Positions 1 to 8,649 of a DNA stretch of 64,000 nucleotides are shown piece by piece. The notes beneath the pieces were generated by a model. It was not told the origin of the DNA, searched no databases, and saw nothing but the letters and a program-made list of their open reading frames with translations. Position 1 is the first letter of the stretch, and each line of letters begins with the position of its first letter. The position numbers and the translations under genes were made by a program. This DNA is from an uncultured virus (IMG/VR IMGVR_UViG_3300035093_000027) (Duplodnaviria > Heunggongvirae > Uroviricota > Caudoviricetes): IMG/VR virus record IMGVR_UViG_3300035093_000027; one strand, given 5' to 3'.

Positions 1-1
1 C

Positions 2-559
2 GTCACCGAGAACCCGCGTCGTCGTCGGAAGACTCGGCGTCGTCGGAACCCCGACGAGGTCGTGGCGACGAAGAAGGCCGCTGCCGTGGAGAACCCGCGT
101 CGTCGTCGCAAGAAGTCGCGTCGTCGCAACCCGGACGAGGTCGAGACCGCGGTCGAGAACCCGCGCCGTCGCAAGCGTCGTCGTCGGAACCCCGACGAGG
201 TCGCAGCTGCTCCGAAGGCGAAGGCCAAGACCGTCGCCGAGAACCCGCGCCGCCGCCGCAAGAAGTCGCGACGCCGGAATCCCGATGAGGTCGAGACGAA
301 GACGGCGGCCGAGAACCCGCGTCGTCGTCGGAAGACTCGGCGTCGTCGGAACCCCGACGAGGTGGACAGCACGCCCGCTCGAGCTCCGCGTGTCGACGCG
401 AGCTACCGCGTGGCGAACCCGCGTGGCGAAGACAACGACTACGCCGACCGGTGGGTGAACCCCGGCGTGGAAGATCCGGCCGAGCGCATGCGCCTCGAGC
501 AGCTCAAGAAGAACCCGGAGATGCAGCGCCGGGTCGGCAATCGCATCGGCAACCTCTGA
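2..559 (+). CDS. 5'-truncated protamine-like, Arg-rich repeat protein (ENPRRRR..RRRNPDEV x5)
   Basis: Frame is open from position 2 (VTENPRRRRKTRRRRNPDEV...). Five copies of the unit; ends NPEMQRRVGNRIGNL*. Confidence 0.8.
   Translation, partial: VTENPRRRRKTRRRRNPDEVVATKKAAAVENPRRRRKKSRRRNPDEVETAVENPRRRKRRRRNPDEVAAAPKAKAKTVAENPRRRRKKSRRRNPDEVETKTAAENPRRRRKTRRRRNPDEVDSTPARAPRVDASYRVANPRGEDNDYADRWVNPGVEDPAERMRLEQLKKNPEMQRRVGNRIGNL
6..363 (+). repeat. Coding direct repeats of the ENPRRRR-x-RRRNPDEV unit
   Basis: 6..60 is identical to 309..363 (55 bp); three more diverged copies lie between them. Confidence 0.9.
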
Positions 560-569
560 GCAGCACCAC

Positions 570-2126
570 ATGGCACGGGCAACTCGAACTCGTTCACGCA
601 AGCGCCGACGCGCCCGCTTCAATCCCACGTCTCGCGAAGTCGCGACGTGGGCAGGAGCGGTCGCAGCGGCCGGTCTCGTCGGCTACGGCGCGTACCGTCT
701 GCGCAAGCGCAGCAAGAAAAAGTTCGAGTTGCCCGAACCACCACAAGGCACGGGCGAGCCCACACCAATCGGGTGCGAGCTCGGGCCGGCCTATCCCGGA
801 TTCATCCTGGACTCCAGCGGAGCATGCGTGCCGACATCGGACACGCCGCCCGGAATCTACGTCGACTCCATGTGCACGGACTTCGCGTACGTCCCCGGTG
901 ACGACGGACCGCAGCCACGAGAGTTCGACAAGCTGATCTGGAATCTAGTCGCCGCGACCCGCGACCCGCGGATGCGCAGCGCCGATCCCACGTACAACGT
1001 CACCAACTTCTTGCGCTCGTACTGGCCGGACTGCACGTGGCCGCCTGTCGGCGGAACGCCACGGCTGCAGCAACTATTCAACGTGCTGTCGCTGCTGATC
1101 GGAAAAGAGGTCGTCCATCGCGGCGGCCACGTCCTGGGCACCGGCGATCTCGACACGGTCGACGAGCAGGTCGCCGCACGGCTCGCGGCTCTCGGCATGC
1201 CGGAGTTCGATCCGGACGTCGTGCCCGAGATCGAGTTGCCCAAGTACGAGGAGGACGAAGGCCTCGGCGAGGAGCAGCCACCTGGTCCGCCCGGTCCGGG
1301 CCCCGACGTCAACGAGCCCGAGCAGCCCGGAGGCGGCGTCGATCTGCCGCCCGGTGGCCAAGGCTTCCCCAGCGACGATCCGGTAGAGCCCGTGATCGTC
1401 TATCCCGTCGATCTCGAAGGAGCGCTCAGGGATTGCCAGAAGATCCCGTGGTCACCGCCCGCGAAGCACAAGATCGCGATGGAGGACGCGCGGTGGACCG
1501 GACCGAGCACTCACGACTTCTTGCTGTTCGACTTCGACATCGGAGACAACGCGGAGTGCGTCGCGTACAACGTGCGATTCGGACTGTGTCTTCGCACGAC
1601 AGAGATCAACATCTACGGTGAGTATCACGCTGGCGTCCCCATCGCGGGCGTACATCTGCGCAACGCTGACGGCACCCCGGTGAACTGGGAAAGCCTGCAG
1701 CAACCGGCGCTGTGGAAGCGTCAATACAAGACCCGCGTCGGTCTTGCGAACGGCAAGGCCGTGTTCGATGCGCCGACGCCGATCAGCGATCCGGGCGTCG
1801 ATCCATGCCCCGATGACGCGACGGCTTGGCCAAGCGCGCCGGCCTCTGGCTTCATCGTGGACGTTCCGCCCTTGGGCGAGTTCTCGCCCATGAATCTGCC
1901 GTGGATGCCACGACCTCGAGTCGAACTCGTTGCCAAGAACCGCAAGGTCTACGTACGTCTGTTCTACAGCGGGATGCCGAAGTTTCTGCTCGGCGTGAAG
2001 GACACGAAGTGGGGCGGAGTGAAGGTCCCTGATGTGTGGGTCGGCGAGTACGTCGCCAACCGTTTCCAGGACACCGCGTTCAAGGGCGACTTCAAAATGT
2101 GGTCGCTTGGCACCCTGCCCGCGTAG
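570..2126 (+). CDS. Membrane-anchored protein (basic N-terminus, NP, one TM helix, Pro-rich linker)
   Basis: RSRKRRRARFNP, then hydrophobic WAGAVAAAGLVGYGAY; 518-aa ORF packed between its neighbours. Confidence 0.75.
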   Translation: MARATRTRSRKRRRARFNPTSREVATWAGAVAAAGLVGYGAYRLRKRSKKKFELPEPPQGTGEPTPIGCELGPAYPGFILDSSGACVPTSDTPPGIYVDSMCTDFAYVPGDDGPQPREFDKLIWNLVAATRDPRMRSADPTYNVTNFLRSYWPDCTWPPVGGTPRLQQLFNVLSLLIGKEVVHRGGHVLGTGDLDTVDEQVAARLAALGMPEFDPDVVPEIELPKYEEDEGLGEEQPPGPPGPGPDVNEPEQPGGGVDLPPGGQGFPSDDPVEPVIVYPVDLEGALRDCQKIPWSPPAKHKIAMEDARWTGPSTHDFLLFDFDIGDNAECVAYNVRFGLCLRTTEINIYGEYHAGVPIAGVHLRNADGTPVNWESLQQPALWKRQYKTRVGLANGKAVFDAPTPISDPGVDPCPDDATAWPSAPASGFIVDVPPLGEFSPMNLPWMPRPRVELVAKNRKVYVRLFYSGMPKFLLGVKDTKWGGVKVPDVWVGEYVANRFQDTAFKGDFKMWSLGTLPA

Positions 2127-2136
2127 GAGATCCATC

Positions 2137-2871
2137 ATGGCTGAAACGATCATCGAAGCACTCGTTCGTGACCACAACGCCGTGATGCGCGATGTCGCCG
2201 CGGTGCGCTCCAACCCGCGGCTGGCGGCGCGCTTGTATCCCGGGATCGCCGATGCGATCCGGCGTCACAGCGCCGCAGAGGAGGCGACCTTCTACCAGGC
2301 GCTGCGCCGGATCTCTGGACTCGACGCGCGCACGGTTTCGTCGCTCGAGGCGGGGCACAAGCAGATCGCGACGATCCTGGCCGCGCTCGATCGCACGCCC
2401 TACGGCACGCCGCTGTTCGCGGCTGGCTTCCTGCAGATGTCGCAGTTGCTCGCCGCGCACGTGAACTACGAGGAGGACGTCGTGTTCCCTCGCGCATCGC
2501 GGGAGTTGCCGATAACTCGGCAGTACGCGCTGGCGCGTCGCTACAAGCAGCGCATGGGTGCCACTCGAGCCAAGAACGTCTCGATGGTGAACCCGCGTGA
2601 GGCCAACTGCGCGTGCAAGAACCCGTGTGCGTGCGCCTCGTGCAGCACGAAGACCAATCCGAAGATCCGTCGTCGGCCGCGCTGGTATCACCACTTCGCG
2701 GGCATGGGCGCGCCGCTGCTCGATATGCTCACGGTGAAGATCCCGCAGGTGAACGCGACTCCGGGTCTGAAGAAGGACGTGCTCATGTGGCCGAGCCCGT
2801 ACACGGCGCCCATCCATCGCCACGGATCGTACTCGACCACGATCGCGGGTCGCGGCCCGACGTACGGCTGA
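2137..2871 (+). CDS. Hemerythrin-like (HHE) domain protein with Cys-rich, NP-containing tail
   Basis: DH...RHSAAEEATFY...H...HVNYEEDVVFP pattern; RBS AGGAGA before ATG 2137; tail NPREANCACKNPCACASCSTKTNPKIRRR. Confidence 0.8.
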   Translation: MAETIIEALVRDHNAVMRDVAAVRSNPRLAARLYPGIADAIRRHSAAEEATFYQALRRISGLDARTVSSLEAGHKQIATILAALDRTPYGTPLFAAGFLQMSQLLAAHVNYEEDVVFPRASRELPITRQYALARRYKQRMGATRAKNVSMVNPREANCACKNPCACASCSTKTNPKIRRRPRWYHHFAGMGAPLLDMLTVKIPQVNATPGLKKDVLMWPSPYTAPIHRHGSYSTTIAGRGPTYG

Positions 2872-2873
2872 GG

Positions 2874-3053
2874 ATGCCGGCGTCGCCACAAGAGGACTGG
2901 CAGCGAACCGCCAACGCGGTCGGCCTCGGTCTCGGCCTCGCGAGCGTGGGATTCTCCGTCTCGCAGGTGACCAAGCGCCCCGAGGTCGCGCTGGCGGGGA
3001 TCGTGCTCGGCTCGATCCTGACTGCGGCCATGTGGAGACGACGCGAGCGATGA
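2874..3053 (+). CDS. Small two-TM membrane protein
   Basis: AVGLGLGLASVGFSV and VALAGIVLGSILTAAMW; stop overlaps the next ATG (ATGA). Confidence 0.7.
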   Translation: MPASPQEDWQRTANAVGLGLGLASVGFSVSQVTKRPEVALAGIVLGSILTAAMWRRRER

Positions 3054-3775
3054 AGCGTCGTCGCAATCTCGATCGCCGCGTCAGCGACGCTCTGACGCGA
3101 GCACGGAGATCGGCCGCCTCGAATCCGGACATGGCTCTGGTAGCGATCATCGTGGAGGAGTACACGGTGGGTCCTGACGCCGCCGACCTGCAACGCACGC
3201 CGCCGGGCGAGTACATGGCGCTGTGGGCAGACGACGTGTGGATGAACGGCGACGTGCTGTTCGATGGCGACGAGTACGGCGCCGCCACTGCCCATGAGAT
3301 CCTGAAGGTGGCCGCGATCGATCTGGACGGCGAGCCGAAGTACGGGATGAGGCAACGCAACCCCGCTGCTCGGCGCGAGCGCAACGCGCTGCACGAGATC
3401 CGGGCGCATGCCTCCGACAAGCGCTGGTCGTCGCGGATCCCCGGGGGCACGACTCGAGCACCGGCGTCCTTCGAGCGGCGGACACTGGTCCACGGGTCCA
3501 TGGTCGAGCTCGAGCACACCACCGACCCGCTGATCGCGATGGAAATCGCCATGGACCATTTGGCCACCAACCCCGGCTTCTACCGCGCACTCAATCCCGA
3601 CCCCGACGCGTGCGTACTCGGGCGCTGGGCGTGGGATCGCAGCAGCGCGTCGTGCGGGCCCGGTGCGCCGGCGGCGACGCAGCGGGGCGCGTCAGAAGCC
3701 GCACAGCGGCTCGCGCGGAAGCGCTGGACGCTGCCGCCGCGGCAGCAGCGGATGGCCGCCCGGCTTCTTCGGTAG
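3050..3775 (+). CDS. DUF5661-like domain protein, NP-delimited
   Basis: GSMVELEHTTDPLIAMEIAMDHLATNPGFYRAL matches the phage DUF5661 pattern (VExEHTxD..IAxEIAxDHL.E.P.YY). Confidence 0.75.
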   Translation: MKRRRNLDRRVSDALTRARRSAASNPDMALVAIIVEEYTVGPDAADLQRTPPGEYMALWADDVWMNGDVLFDGDEYGAATAHEILKVAAIDLDGEPKYGMRQRNPAARRERNALHEIRAHASDKRWSSRIPGGTTRAPASFERRTLVHGSMVELEHTTDPLIAMEIAMDHLATNPGFYRALNPDPDACVLGRWAWDRSSASCGPGAPAATQRGASEAAQRLARKRWTLPPRQQRMAARLLR

Positions 3776-3786
3776 CTGGTAGGGTC
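3776..3786 (+). promoter_or_regulatory. Conserved promoter motif CTGGTAGGGT (extended -10), copy 1
   Basis: Intergenic; followed by GGAGG and ATG 3804. Confidence 0.65.
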
Positions 3787-3803
3787 GCGCGCGGAGGTCG
3801 TCC

Positions 3804-4295
3804 ATGATCCGAGTCGTCTCAGGTCGAGCAGAGATCCGCGGCCGCGTCACGTTTCCACTGCAGGTGGACAATCTGACGGGATTCCCCGGCCAGGCGGACT
3901 CCACCGACGGTGCGATCTGCTGGACGATTATCAAGTACGACGGCGTCATCGAGTGCTGCAGCTACCCGGGCGAGATGTTCCCGGTGTGCTTGTACGTCTC
4001 GCTGTGGCCGCCGGTGGAGCCCAACCCGCCCGTCGGTCCCAACGGAGAGGCGCTCACCGGAACGCGAGCGCAGCGCAACACCCTGTCGACCGATCGCGTC
4101 GTCGGCCGCAGTGCGCCGACGTCTCGCTCGACGAGCACGCCTCGTTCCGTGTCGGGGCCCACCAGCCAGGGCCGACTGCAGCCTGTGACCGAAACGCTCG
4201 TGCTGCTGGGCGGTGGCACGTCGTCGAATCGGATCGGCGGCGGCAATCGCAACGTGGCCTCGCATGGCTTCGTCGTCATCACGCCCTCGCGCTGA
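3804..4295 (+). CDS. Hypothetical protein (candidate virion protein)
   Basis: GGAGG RBS, promoter motif upstream, beta-rich N-terminal half with vicinal Cys. Confidence 0.6.
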   Translation: MIRVVSGRAEIRGRVTFPLQVDNLTGFPGQADSTDGAICWTIIKYDGVIECCSYPGEMFPVCLYVSLWPPVEPNPPVGPNGEALTGTRAQRNTLSTDRVVGRSAPTSRSTSTPRSVSGPTSQGRLQPVTETLVLLGGGTSSNRIGGGNRNVASHGFVVITPSR

Positions 4296-4308
4296 AAGAA
4301 GAACCGCC

Positions 4309-4764
4309 GTGAAGTTCGTCGCGATCAACAAGCGAGACCAGAACGAAGCATGGTTCGATCCGTGGTCGGTCGTGCACGGCGCGACCGGGCTCGCGTTCGG
4401 ACTCACGGGCGTTCCCTTCTGGTGGACGTTCGGCGCAGCGATCGCGTGGGACGTCTTCGAGCAGATGCTCGAGCGCTCGGAAGCGGGCCAGAAGTTCTTT
4501 CGGACGAGCGGGCCGGAGTCTTGGGGAAATGTCGCCTCCGACACGGCACTGTTTCTCGGCGGCTGGTGGCTCGGGCAGAAGTACAACTCGACCGGCCCTG
4601 CCACGAACCCGTACATGCCCAAGCGCAAGCGTCGTCGCGCGAACCCGGTGGTCGTCGCGCCCCCGAACATGACGAGCCCTTCGATGGGCCCGCGCGGCGC
4701 TCGGAAGCGAGCTGGCGCACCTGTGTCGCGTCGTGACGCGGTCGCCGGTACGATCTCATCGTAG
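4309..4764 (+). CDS. DUF2585-like membrane protein with basic NP tail
   Basis: DPWSVVHGATG...WDVFEQ...ESWGNVASDT...GGWW pattern; tail TNPYMPKRKRRRANP. Confidence 0.65.
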   Translation: MKFVAINKRDQNEAWFDPWSVVHGATGLAFGLTGVPFWWTFGAAIAWDVFEQMLERSEAGQKFFRTSGPESWGNVASDTALFLGGWWLGQKYNSTGPATNPYMPKRKRRRANPVVVAPPNMTSPSMGPRGARKRAGAPVSRRDAVAGTISS

Positions 4765-5063
4765 TGGATCTACCGCGCGAGCCTGGGTTCCAGCCGTTGG
4801 TCACCGGCATCCGCGAAGGCGGGCGCTTGGTCGGCCTGGTCGGACACGTGTACCACTACGGTCCGAAGCGCTGGTGGGTGCCCGGTCCGCTCGCGCTGCT
4901 GCTTCCTCCGCAGCGCATCGTGCTCGTCTTCGAGACGCGGATGATCCCGTTGCGTGAGGGATACACCGACGACGAGTACGAGCTCGCCGCCGCAGCCGTG
5001 GCGCTCGTGGCCGAAGAGCGCGCAGCTCTGCTCAACGACCGAGCACGAAGCGTCGGTCCCTGA
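4764..5063 (+). CDS. Hypothetical protein
   Basis: Start overlaps the previous stop; fills the gap. Confidence 0.55.
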   Translation: MDLPREPGFQPLVTGIREGGRLVGLVGHVYHYGPKRWWVPGPLALLLPPQRIVLVFETRMIPLREGYTDDEYELAAAAVALVAEERAALLNDRARSVGP

Positions 5064-5066
5064 CGA

Positions 5067-5249
5067 TCAGCGCGAGCGCCGACGACGTCGCGGGTTCTTG
5101 CGACGCTTGCGCTTGCCGACGACGTAGCCGACCAACCCGCCGACAGTCGCCGCACCGAGCACCACGAGCGCGGCGCCAGCCCTGAACCGTGCGCGCTCGG
5201 TGGGGTTGGCCCACAGCACGACGCCACCCGGTGGAACGCGAGCGCTCAT
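5067..5249 (-). CDS. Small single-TM protein with KRKRRKNPRRRRRSR tail
   Basis: WANP, then TM AALVVLGAATVGGLVGYVVG, then basic NP tail. Confidence 0.7.
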   Translation of the reverse strand: MSARVPPGGVVLWANPTERARFRAGAALVVLGAATVGGLVGYVVGKRKRRKNPRRRRRSR

Positions 5250-5259
5250 GGTCTGCATC

Positions 5260-5925
5260 CTACAACAAGCACGACATGCCTCCGCTTCGCCGCAACGCCG
5301 TGTGCGTGCGTCCGATCTGTCTCAGCATCTTCCACTGCCCCACAAGACCGTCGACGACGCCGGACTTGTCGAGTTTGGTGCGCGTGTCGATCCCCTCGAG
5401 CAGCACGAGCATCGTGGTGCCCTGCTCGCGCTCGACGACGTCGTTCATGGCGGTCTCGATGCAGTAGCCGTTCCAGCACGTCTGCGGCAGCGCCTCGAGC
5501 ACCCAGCGTCGAAGCACGCGCTGTCCAGTCACGAGCGGCCCGCACAACTGCAAGACGTTGATCACGTCGCCACGATCCTGCAGTCCCGCGACCTGGTCGT
5601 AGCCGAGATCGGACGCTTCGATCATCCGACGCACGTGCTGCGGTCGCAGCCCGACGAGGTCGGCGTCGAAGAACGCCACACGATCGTCTCCCTCGGGCAA
5701 CGACTCGTACGCGAACAGCATCGCTCCGCCCTTGCCGAGGTTGCGGGGCGTCCGGATCGCGACGGCCCCGGCCGCCTCGGCGCGCGCGGCCGTGTCGTCG
5801 GTGCTCCCGTCGTCGACGACGACGACGTCCTCGAAGCACCCGGCGTCCCGGAGCGCCCGGACGACGCCAGCCACGCTGGGCGCCTCGTTGTGCGCCGGAA
5901 CGACCGCATACAGGCTTTGCCTCAC
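5260..5925 (-). CDS. Glycosyltransferase family 2 (GT-A)
   Basis: VVPAHNEA, VVVVDDGSTDDT, NLGKGGA, FFDADL motifs. Confidence 0.9.
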   Translation of the reverse strand: MRQSLYAVVPAHNEAPSVAGVVRALRDAGCFEDVVVVDDGSTDDTAARAEAAGAVAIRTPRNLGKGGAMLFAYESLPEGDDRVAFFDADLVGLRPQHVRRMIEASDLGYDQVAGLQDRGDVINVLQLCGPLVTGQRVLRRWVLEALPQTCWNGYCIETAMNDVVEREQGTTMLVLLEGIDTRTKLDKSGVVDGLVGQWKMLRQIGRTHTALRRSGGMSCLL

Positions 5926-5975
5926 GATGAGGCTCCAGCCGCCAGAAGCGGTACCGCGCGTAAGCCACGCGCCAG
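5915..5975 (-). ncRNA. Candidate compact omegaRNA scaffold overlapping the tnpB 3' end
   Basis: Three consecutive minus-strand hairpins: GCGCGT-GGCTT-ACGCGC, CCGC-TTCTG-GCGG, GCCTCA-TCG-TGAGGC. Confidence 0.4.
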
Positions 5976-7052
5976 AACGTTGAGAGCCGCGTTGTGATCC
6001 CTACCCAGCACCAGCCCGCACTCGCACCGATGGACTCGATCTCCGAGTCCCTTCGGGACGGTGCGTCCGCATGTCGAGCAGTCCTGCGTCGTGCCTCGGG
6101 GGTCGATCGCGATCACGTGCACGCCAGCTTCTTCCGCTTTGCTGTGCAGGATCGAGATGAACTGAGCCCAGCCGACGTCGTGAACGGACTTGGCGAGCAT
6201 GCCGCTCGCCAGTCCGCGGACGTTCAGATCTTCGTGCGCGATGAGGTCGAACCGTTCGACCAGCGCCTTAGCCGTCTTGCGATGGAAGTCGATCCGCTGG
6301 TTGCGGACGCGCTCGTGCGCGCGAGCAACACGCTGCCGCGCGCGGCGACGGGAGTTCGACCCACGCTTCTTCGCAGAGAGTGCTCGCTGAGCGCGAGCGA
6401 GCGACTCCTGTCCGCGTCGGTAGAAACGCGGGTTGGCGATCTCTTCTCCATCGGAGAGGACTGCGAACGTCGTGAGACCAAGGTCGACGCCCGTCGTGCG
6501 ACCAGCTCGGACCGCGCGCTTCGCAGGTGCATCACCGATGTCGCACACGATGACGACAAACCATCTCCCACGCGCGTCCCGGGTGATCGACACGTCCCTG
6601 ACGACACCCTCCATGAGACGGTGCTGCTTGAAACGAACATGACCGATCTTCGGCACGCGAACGTACCCGCTGCCGCCCTCGCGCTCAGCGGGTTCGACAG
6701 TGACTCGCCCGATCCCGAAGGTGTCGTAGCGGTGGACCGATCGGAACCGTGGGAAGCCAGGCTTCTCTCCGCGCTTGCACCGACGGAAGAACGCCTCGAA
6801 CGTATTGTCTAGACGTCGAAGGGCTGAACGATGCACATCAACCGGCGAAGCAGACCAGTCGGACTCCATCCTAAGGTCGGTCAGTTGCCGAAGCTGATCG
6901 AAGCACCTGAGGCTCTGCTTGCGGGAGCGCCACGCCTTGATCCGTTGCTCAAGTCCAGCGTTGTAAAGCGTACAACACTGGGAGCACCATACGCTGAACG
7001 CCTCACGGTGAGCCGCGAGCGGACGAAGCGGGAACCGGTACGTCCGTAGCAC
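5922..7052 (-). CDS. tnpB: RNA-guided endonuclease TnpB (solo; no tnpA seen)
   Basis: RTYRFPL, LYNAGL, GFPRFRS, RuvC GVDLG / HEDLNVRGL / RDHNAALNV, Zn-finger CSTC..CEC. All three catalytic acidic residues are present. Confidence 0.95.
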   Translation of the reverse strand: MLRTYRFPLRPLAAHREAFSVWCSQCCTLYNAGLEQRIKAWRSRKQSLRCFDQLRQLTDLRMESDWSASPVDVHRSALRRLDNTFEAFFRRCKRGEKPGFPRFRSVHRYDTFGIGRVTVEPAEREGGSGYVRVPKIGHVRFKQHRLMEGVVRDVSITRDARGRWFVVIVCDIGDAPAKRAVRAGRTTGVDLGLTTFAVLSDGEEIANPRFYRRGQESLARAQRALSAKKRGSNSRRRARQRVARAHERVRNQRIDFHRKTAKALVERFDLIAHEDLNVRGLASGMLAKSVHDVGWAQFISILHSKAEEAGVHVIAIDPRGTTQDCSTCGRTVPKGLGDRVHRCECGLVLGRDHNAALNVLARGLRAVPLLAAGASS

Positions 7053-7059
7053 CCCCAGA

Positions 7060-7087
7060 ATGCTATCCCAGGCGGATTTTCACACAA
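7060..7087 (-). promoter_or_regulatory. Putative leaderless sigma70-type promoter of tnpB
   Basis: TTGTGT-N16-TAGCAT, 7 nt before the GTG start. Confidence 0.45.
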
Positions 7088-7108
7088 GACCGGGCGCCCT
7101 CCGACGAT

Positions 7109-7118
7109 CTGGTAGGCT
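7109..7118 (+). promoter_or_regulatory. Variant promoter motif CTGGTAGGCT
   Basis: One mismatch to the conserved motif; upstream of GAGG and ATG 7141. Confidence 0.55.
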
Positions 7119-7140
7119 CTACGAAGAGAGGTCAACGCCC

Positions 7141-7518
7141 ATGACGGAGCTCGCCGACTACCGCGGCCATCGCCTCGCGTCCAAGCGCCCCATGAACCGG
7201 GCCGCGCTCGCGCAGCAGAACCCCGTCAGCGTCGTCGGCGGAGGCGCGACGGTCGGCGGAGGCGCAGGCACTGGATCCGGCGTTTCGCAGTCGCCTGGCC
7301 AAGGGCAGCAGCGGTTCTACTACTACAACAACTACCAGCCCTGGTACTGGCCGTCGTACAACAACTGGTACGGCTACTACCCGTGGTGGCAGGGCTTCAA
7401 CTACGGATGGCCCGTGGGCTACGGCTTCAACTCGCCGGTGTACTGGCCGCAGTGGCCGCAGCAGTGGTGGCCCGGACCGTACGCCTACGCGCCGCGCCGC
7501 GTCGTCGCAGTCACGTAG
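7141..7518 (+). CDS. Leader-NP protein with Tyr/Trp/Pro/Asn/Gln low-complexity domain
   Basis: SKRPMNRAALAQQNP, then a Gly-rich linker and YYYNNYQPWYWPSYNNWYGYYPWW... Confidence 0.75.
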   Translation: MTELADYRGHRLASKRPMNRAALAQQNPVSVVGGGATVGGGAGTGSGVSQSPGQGQQRFYYYNNYQPWYWPSYNNWYGYYPWWQGFNYGWPVGYGFNSPVYWPQWPQQWWPGPYAYAPRRVVAVT

Positions 7519-7565
7519 CACGAGAAGCAGCCGAGGGCGCGAAGCCCAAGAAGAGGTGAACGACG

Positions 7566-7925
7566 ATGCGACTTCGACCCAAGCGACCCATCCTCCGTGC
7601 CCAGCTCGCGGCGCAGCAGAACCCGACGGGCTACACGACCGAGCCGACTGGATCGATCTGGTGTTGTCGGGTCGATGAGAACTGGAACTGCGAGAAGTAC
7701 TGCTACAACTTCGCCGGTGCTCCGGCTCCGGGCGGTCGCGCTCCGTCGCAGGGCCTCGGTCTCGCTGCACAAACCGGCCGAACGCATGCAACGATCTCGT
7801 GCCCACCGGGAACGCACGTCGCTGGATCTTCGCCACACGAGTACTGCGCGGACAACGGAAGCGGAGGAACATCGCTCCTCGGATGGCAGGCTACCGGACC
7901 GTACGGTACGACGCCCGGAGGCTGA
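7566..7925 (+). CDS. Leader-NP small Cys-rich protein
   Basis: AGAGGTG RBS; MRLRPKRPILRAQLAAQQNP leader, then six Cys. Confidence 0.75.
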   Translation: MRLRPKRPILRAQLAAQQNPTGYTTEPTGSIWCCRVDENWNCEKYCYNFAGAPAPGGRAPSQGLGLAAQTGRTHATISCPPGTHVAGSSPHEYCADNGSGGTSLLGWQATGPYGTTPGG

Positions 7926-7926
7926 G

Positions 7927-8178
7927 CTACGTAGGGGACGCTGCGGCCTGCGCGACGATCTCGGTCGACGACTGGCTTCGCGCTGGCGCGAGATCGCGTG
8001 CTTCGACCTCGGCGATCAGATCGATGAGCGCGGCCCGTCGACTCTTGAAACCCTCGCGGCGCATGCAGTGACCGGCGATCGTCGACTCGACCATCCCCTT
8101 CGTCTGCTTCCATCCCCAGCGCTTGGTGCGATCGTACCGGTTGAACGAGATCGCAAATCCATCGGGCTGCTGCTTCAT
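7927..8178 (-). CDS. Hypothetical protein
   Basis: GGGAG RBS; convergent with the previous gene. Confidence 0.5.
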   Translation of the reverse strand: MKQQPDGFAISFNRYDRTKRWGWKQTKGMVESTIAGHCMRREGFKSRRAALIDLIAEVEARDLAPARSQSSTEIVAQAAASPT

Positions 8179-8241
8179 GACGGGACTCCCCGGCGCGTCG
8201 CGCCGTCCTTCTTCAAGGCGGCCAAGGACGCGACGTGGATC

Positions 8242-8421
8242 TCACGCCGGCACCTCGACCCATTCGGCGTTTTCGGACAGCGCGCGGAGCTCGAGCACGA
8301 CGGTCCGATCCGACTTGCGAATCTCGGCACGCTCGCCGATCTGCAACGGCGGGTTGGCCCGGCGCGCAAGCCCTACTAGATCGTCCACGCTGTCCACGAC
8401 GAAACGTATTCTAGGCAGCAT
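8242..8421 (-). CDS. Small hypothetical protein
   Basis: ATG 8 nt after a TACCAT -10-like box. Confidence 0.45.
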   Translation of the reverse strand: MLPRIRFVVDSVDDLVGLARRANPPLQIGERAEIRKSDRTVVLELRALSENAEWVEVPA

Positions 8422-8503
8422 TCTCGACGATGGTAGTCGAGATGCACGCGCGATCACGTTCTTCGTCCACAGCGATCCGCGTGGCGTCACGCCACGTTGC
8501 ACG

Positions 8504-8638
8504 TTCGGAGATCTTCGGACAGATCAGGCAAAGCTCTTCGGACAGATCGGTCGAAGTGACACCGGATGTTCGGACACGAGCAGCTCGGGCTTCGGACAAA
8601 ACGAGGCAATGCTCTTGCTCAAGTTCGGACAGATCGGT
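8504..8638. repeat. Helically phased direct-repeat array (TTCGGACA), iteron/operator-like
   Basis: TTCGGACA at 8514, 8537, 8569, 8591 and 8624, plus TTCGGAGA at 8504; spacings 10, 23, 32, 22, 33. Confidence 0.8.
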
Positions 8639-8649
8639 ACAACCGAGGT

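Noticed and set aside
2..363. Repeats with variable intervening sequence resembling a CRISPR array
   Set aside because: The units are in-frame coding repeats with synonymous variation and irregular spacers; no cas genes.
5922..7052. Cas12f-type CRISPR effector or catalytically dead TldR
   Set aside because: No array nearby, and all three RuvC acidic residues are present.
8504..8638. Possible mini-CRISPR or TnpB-associated array
   Set aside because: Repeats of only 8-15 bp with 10-33 bp periods, 1.4 kb from tnpB; better explained as protein-binding sites.
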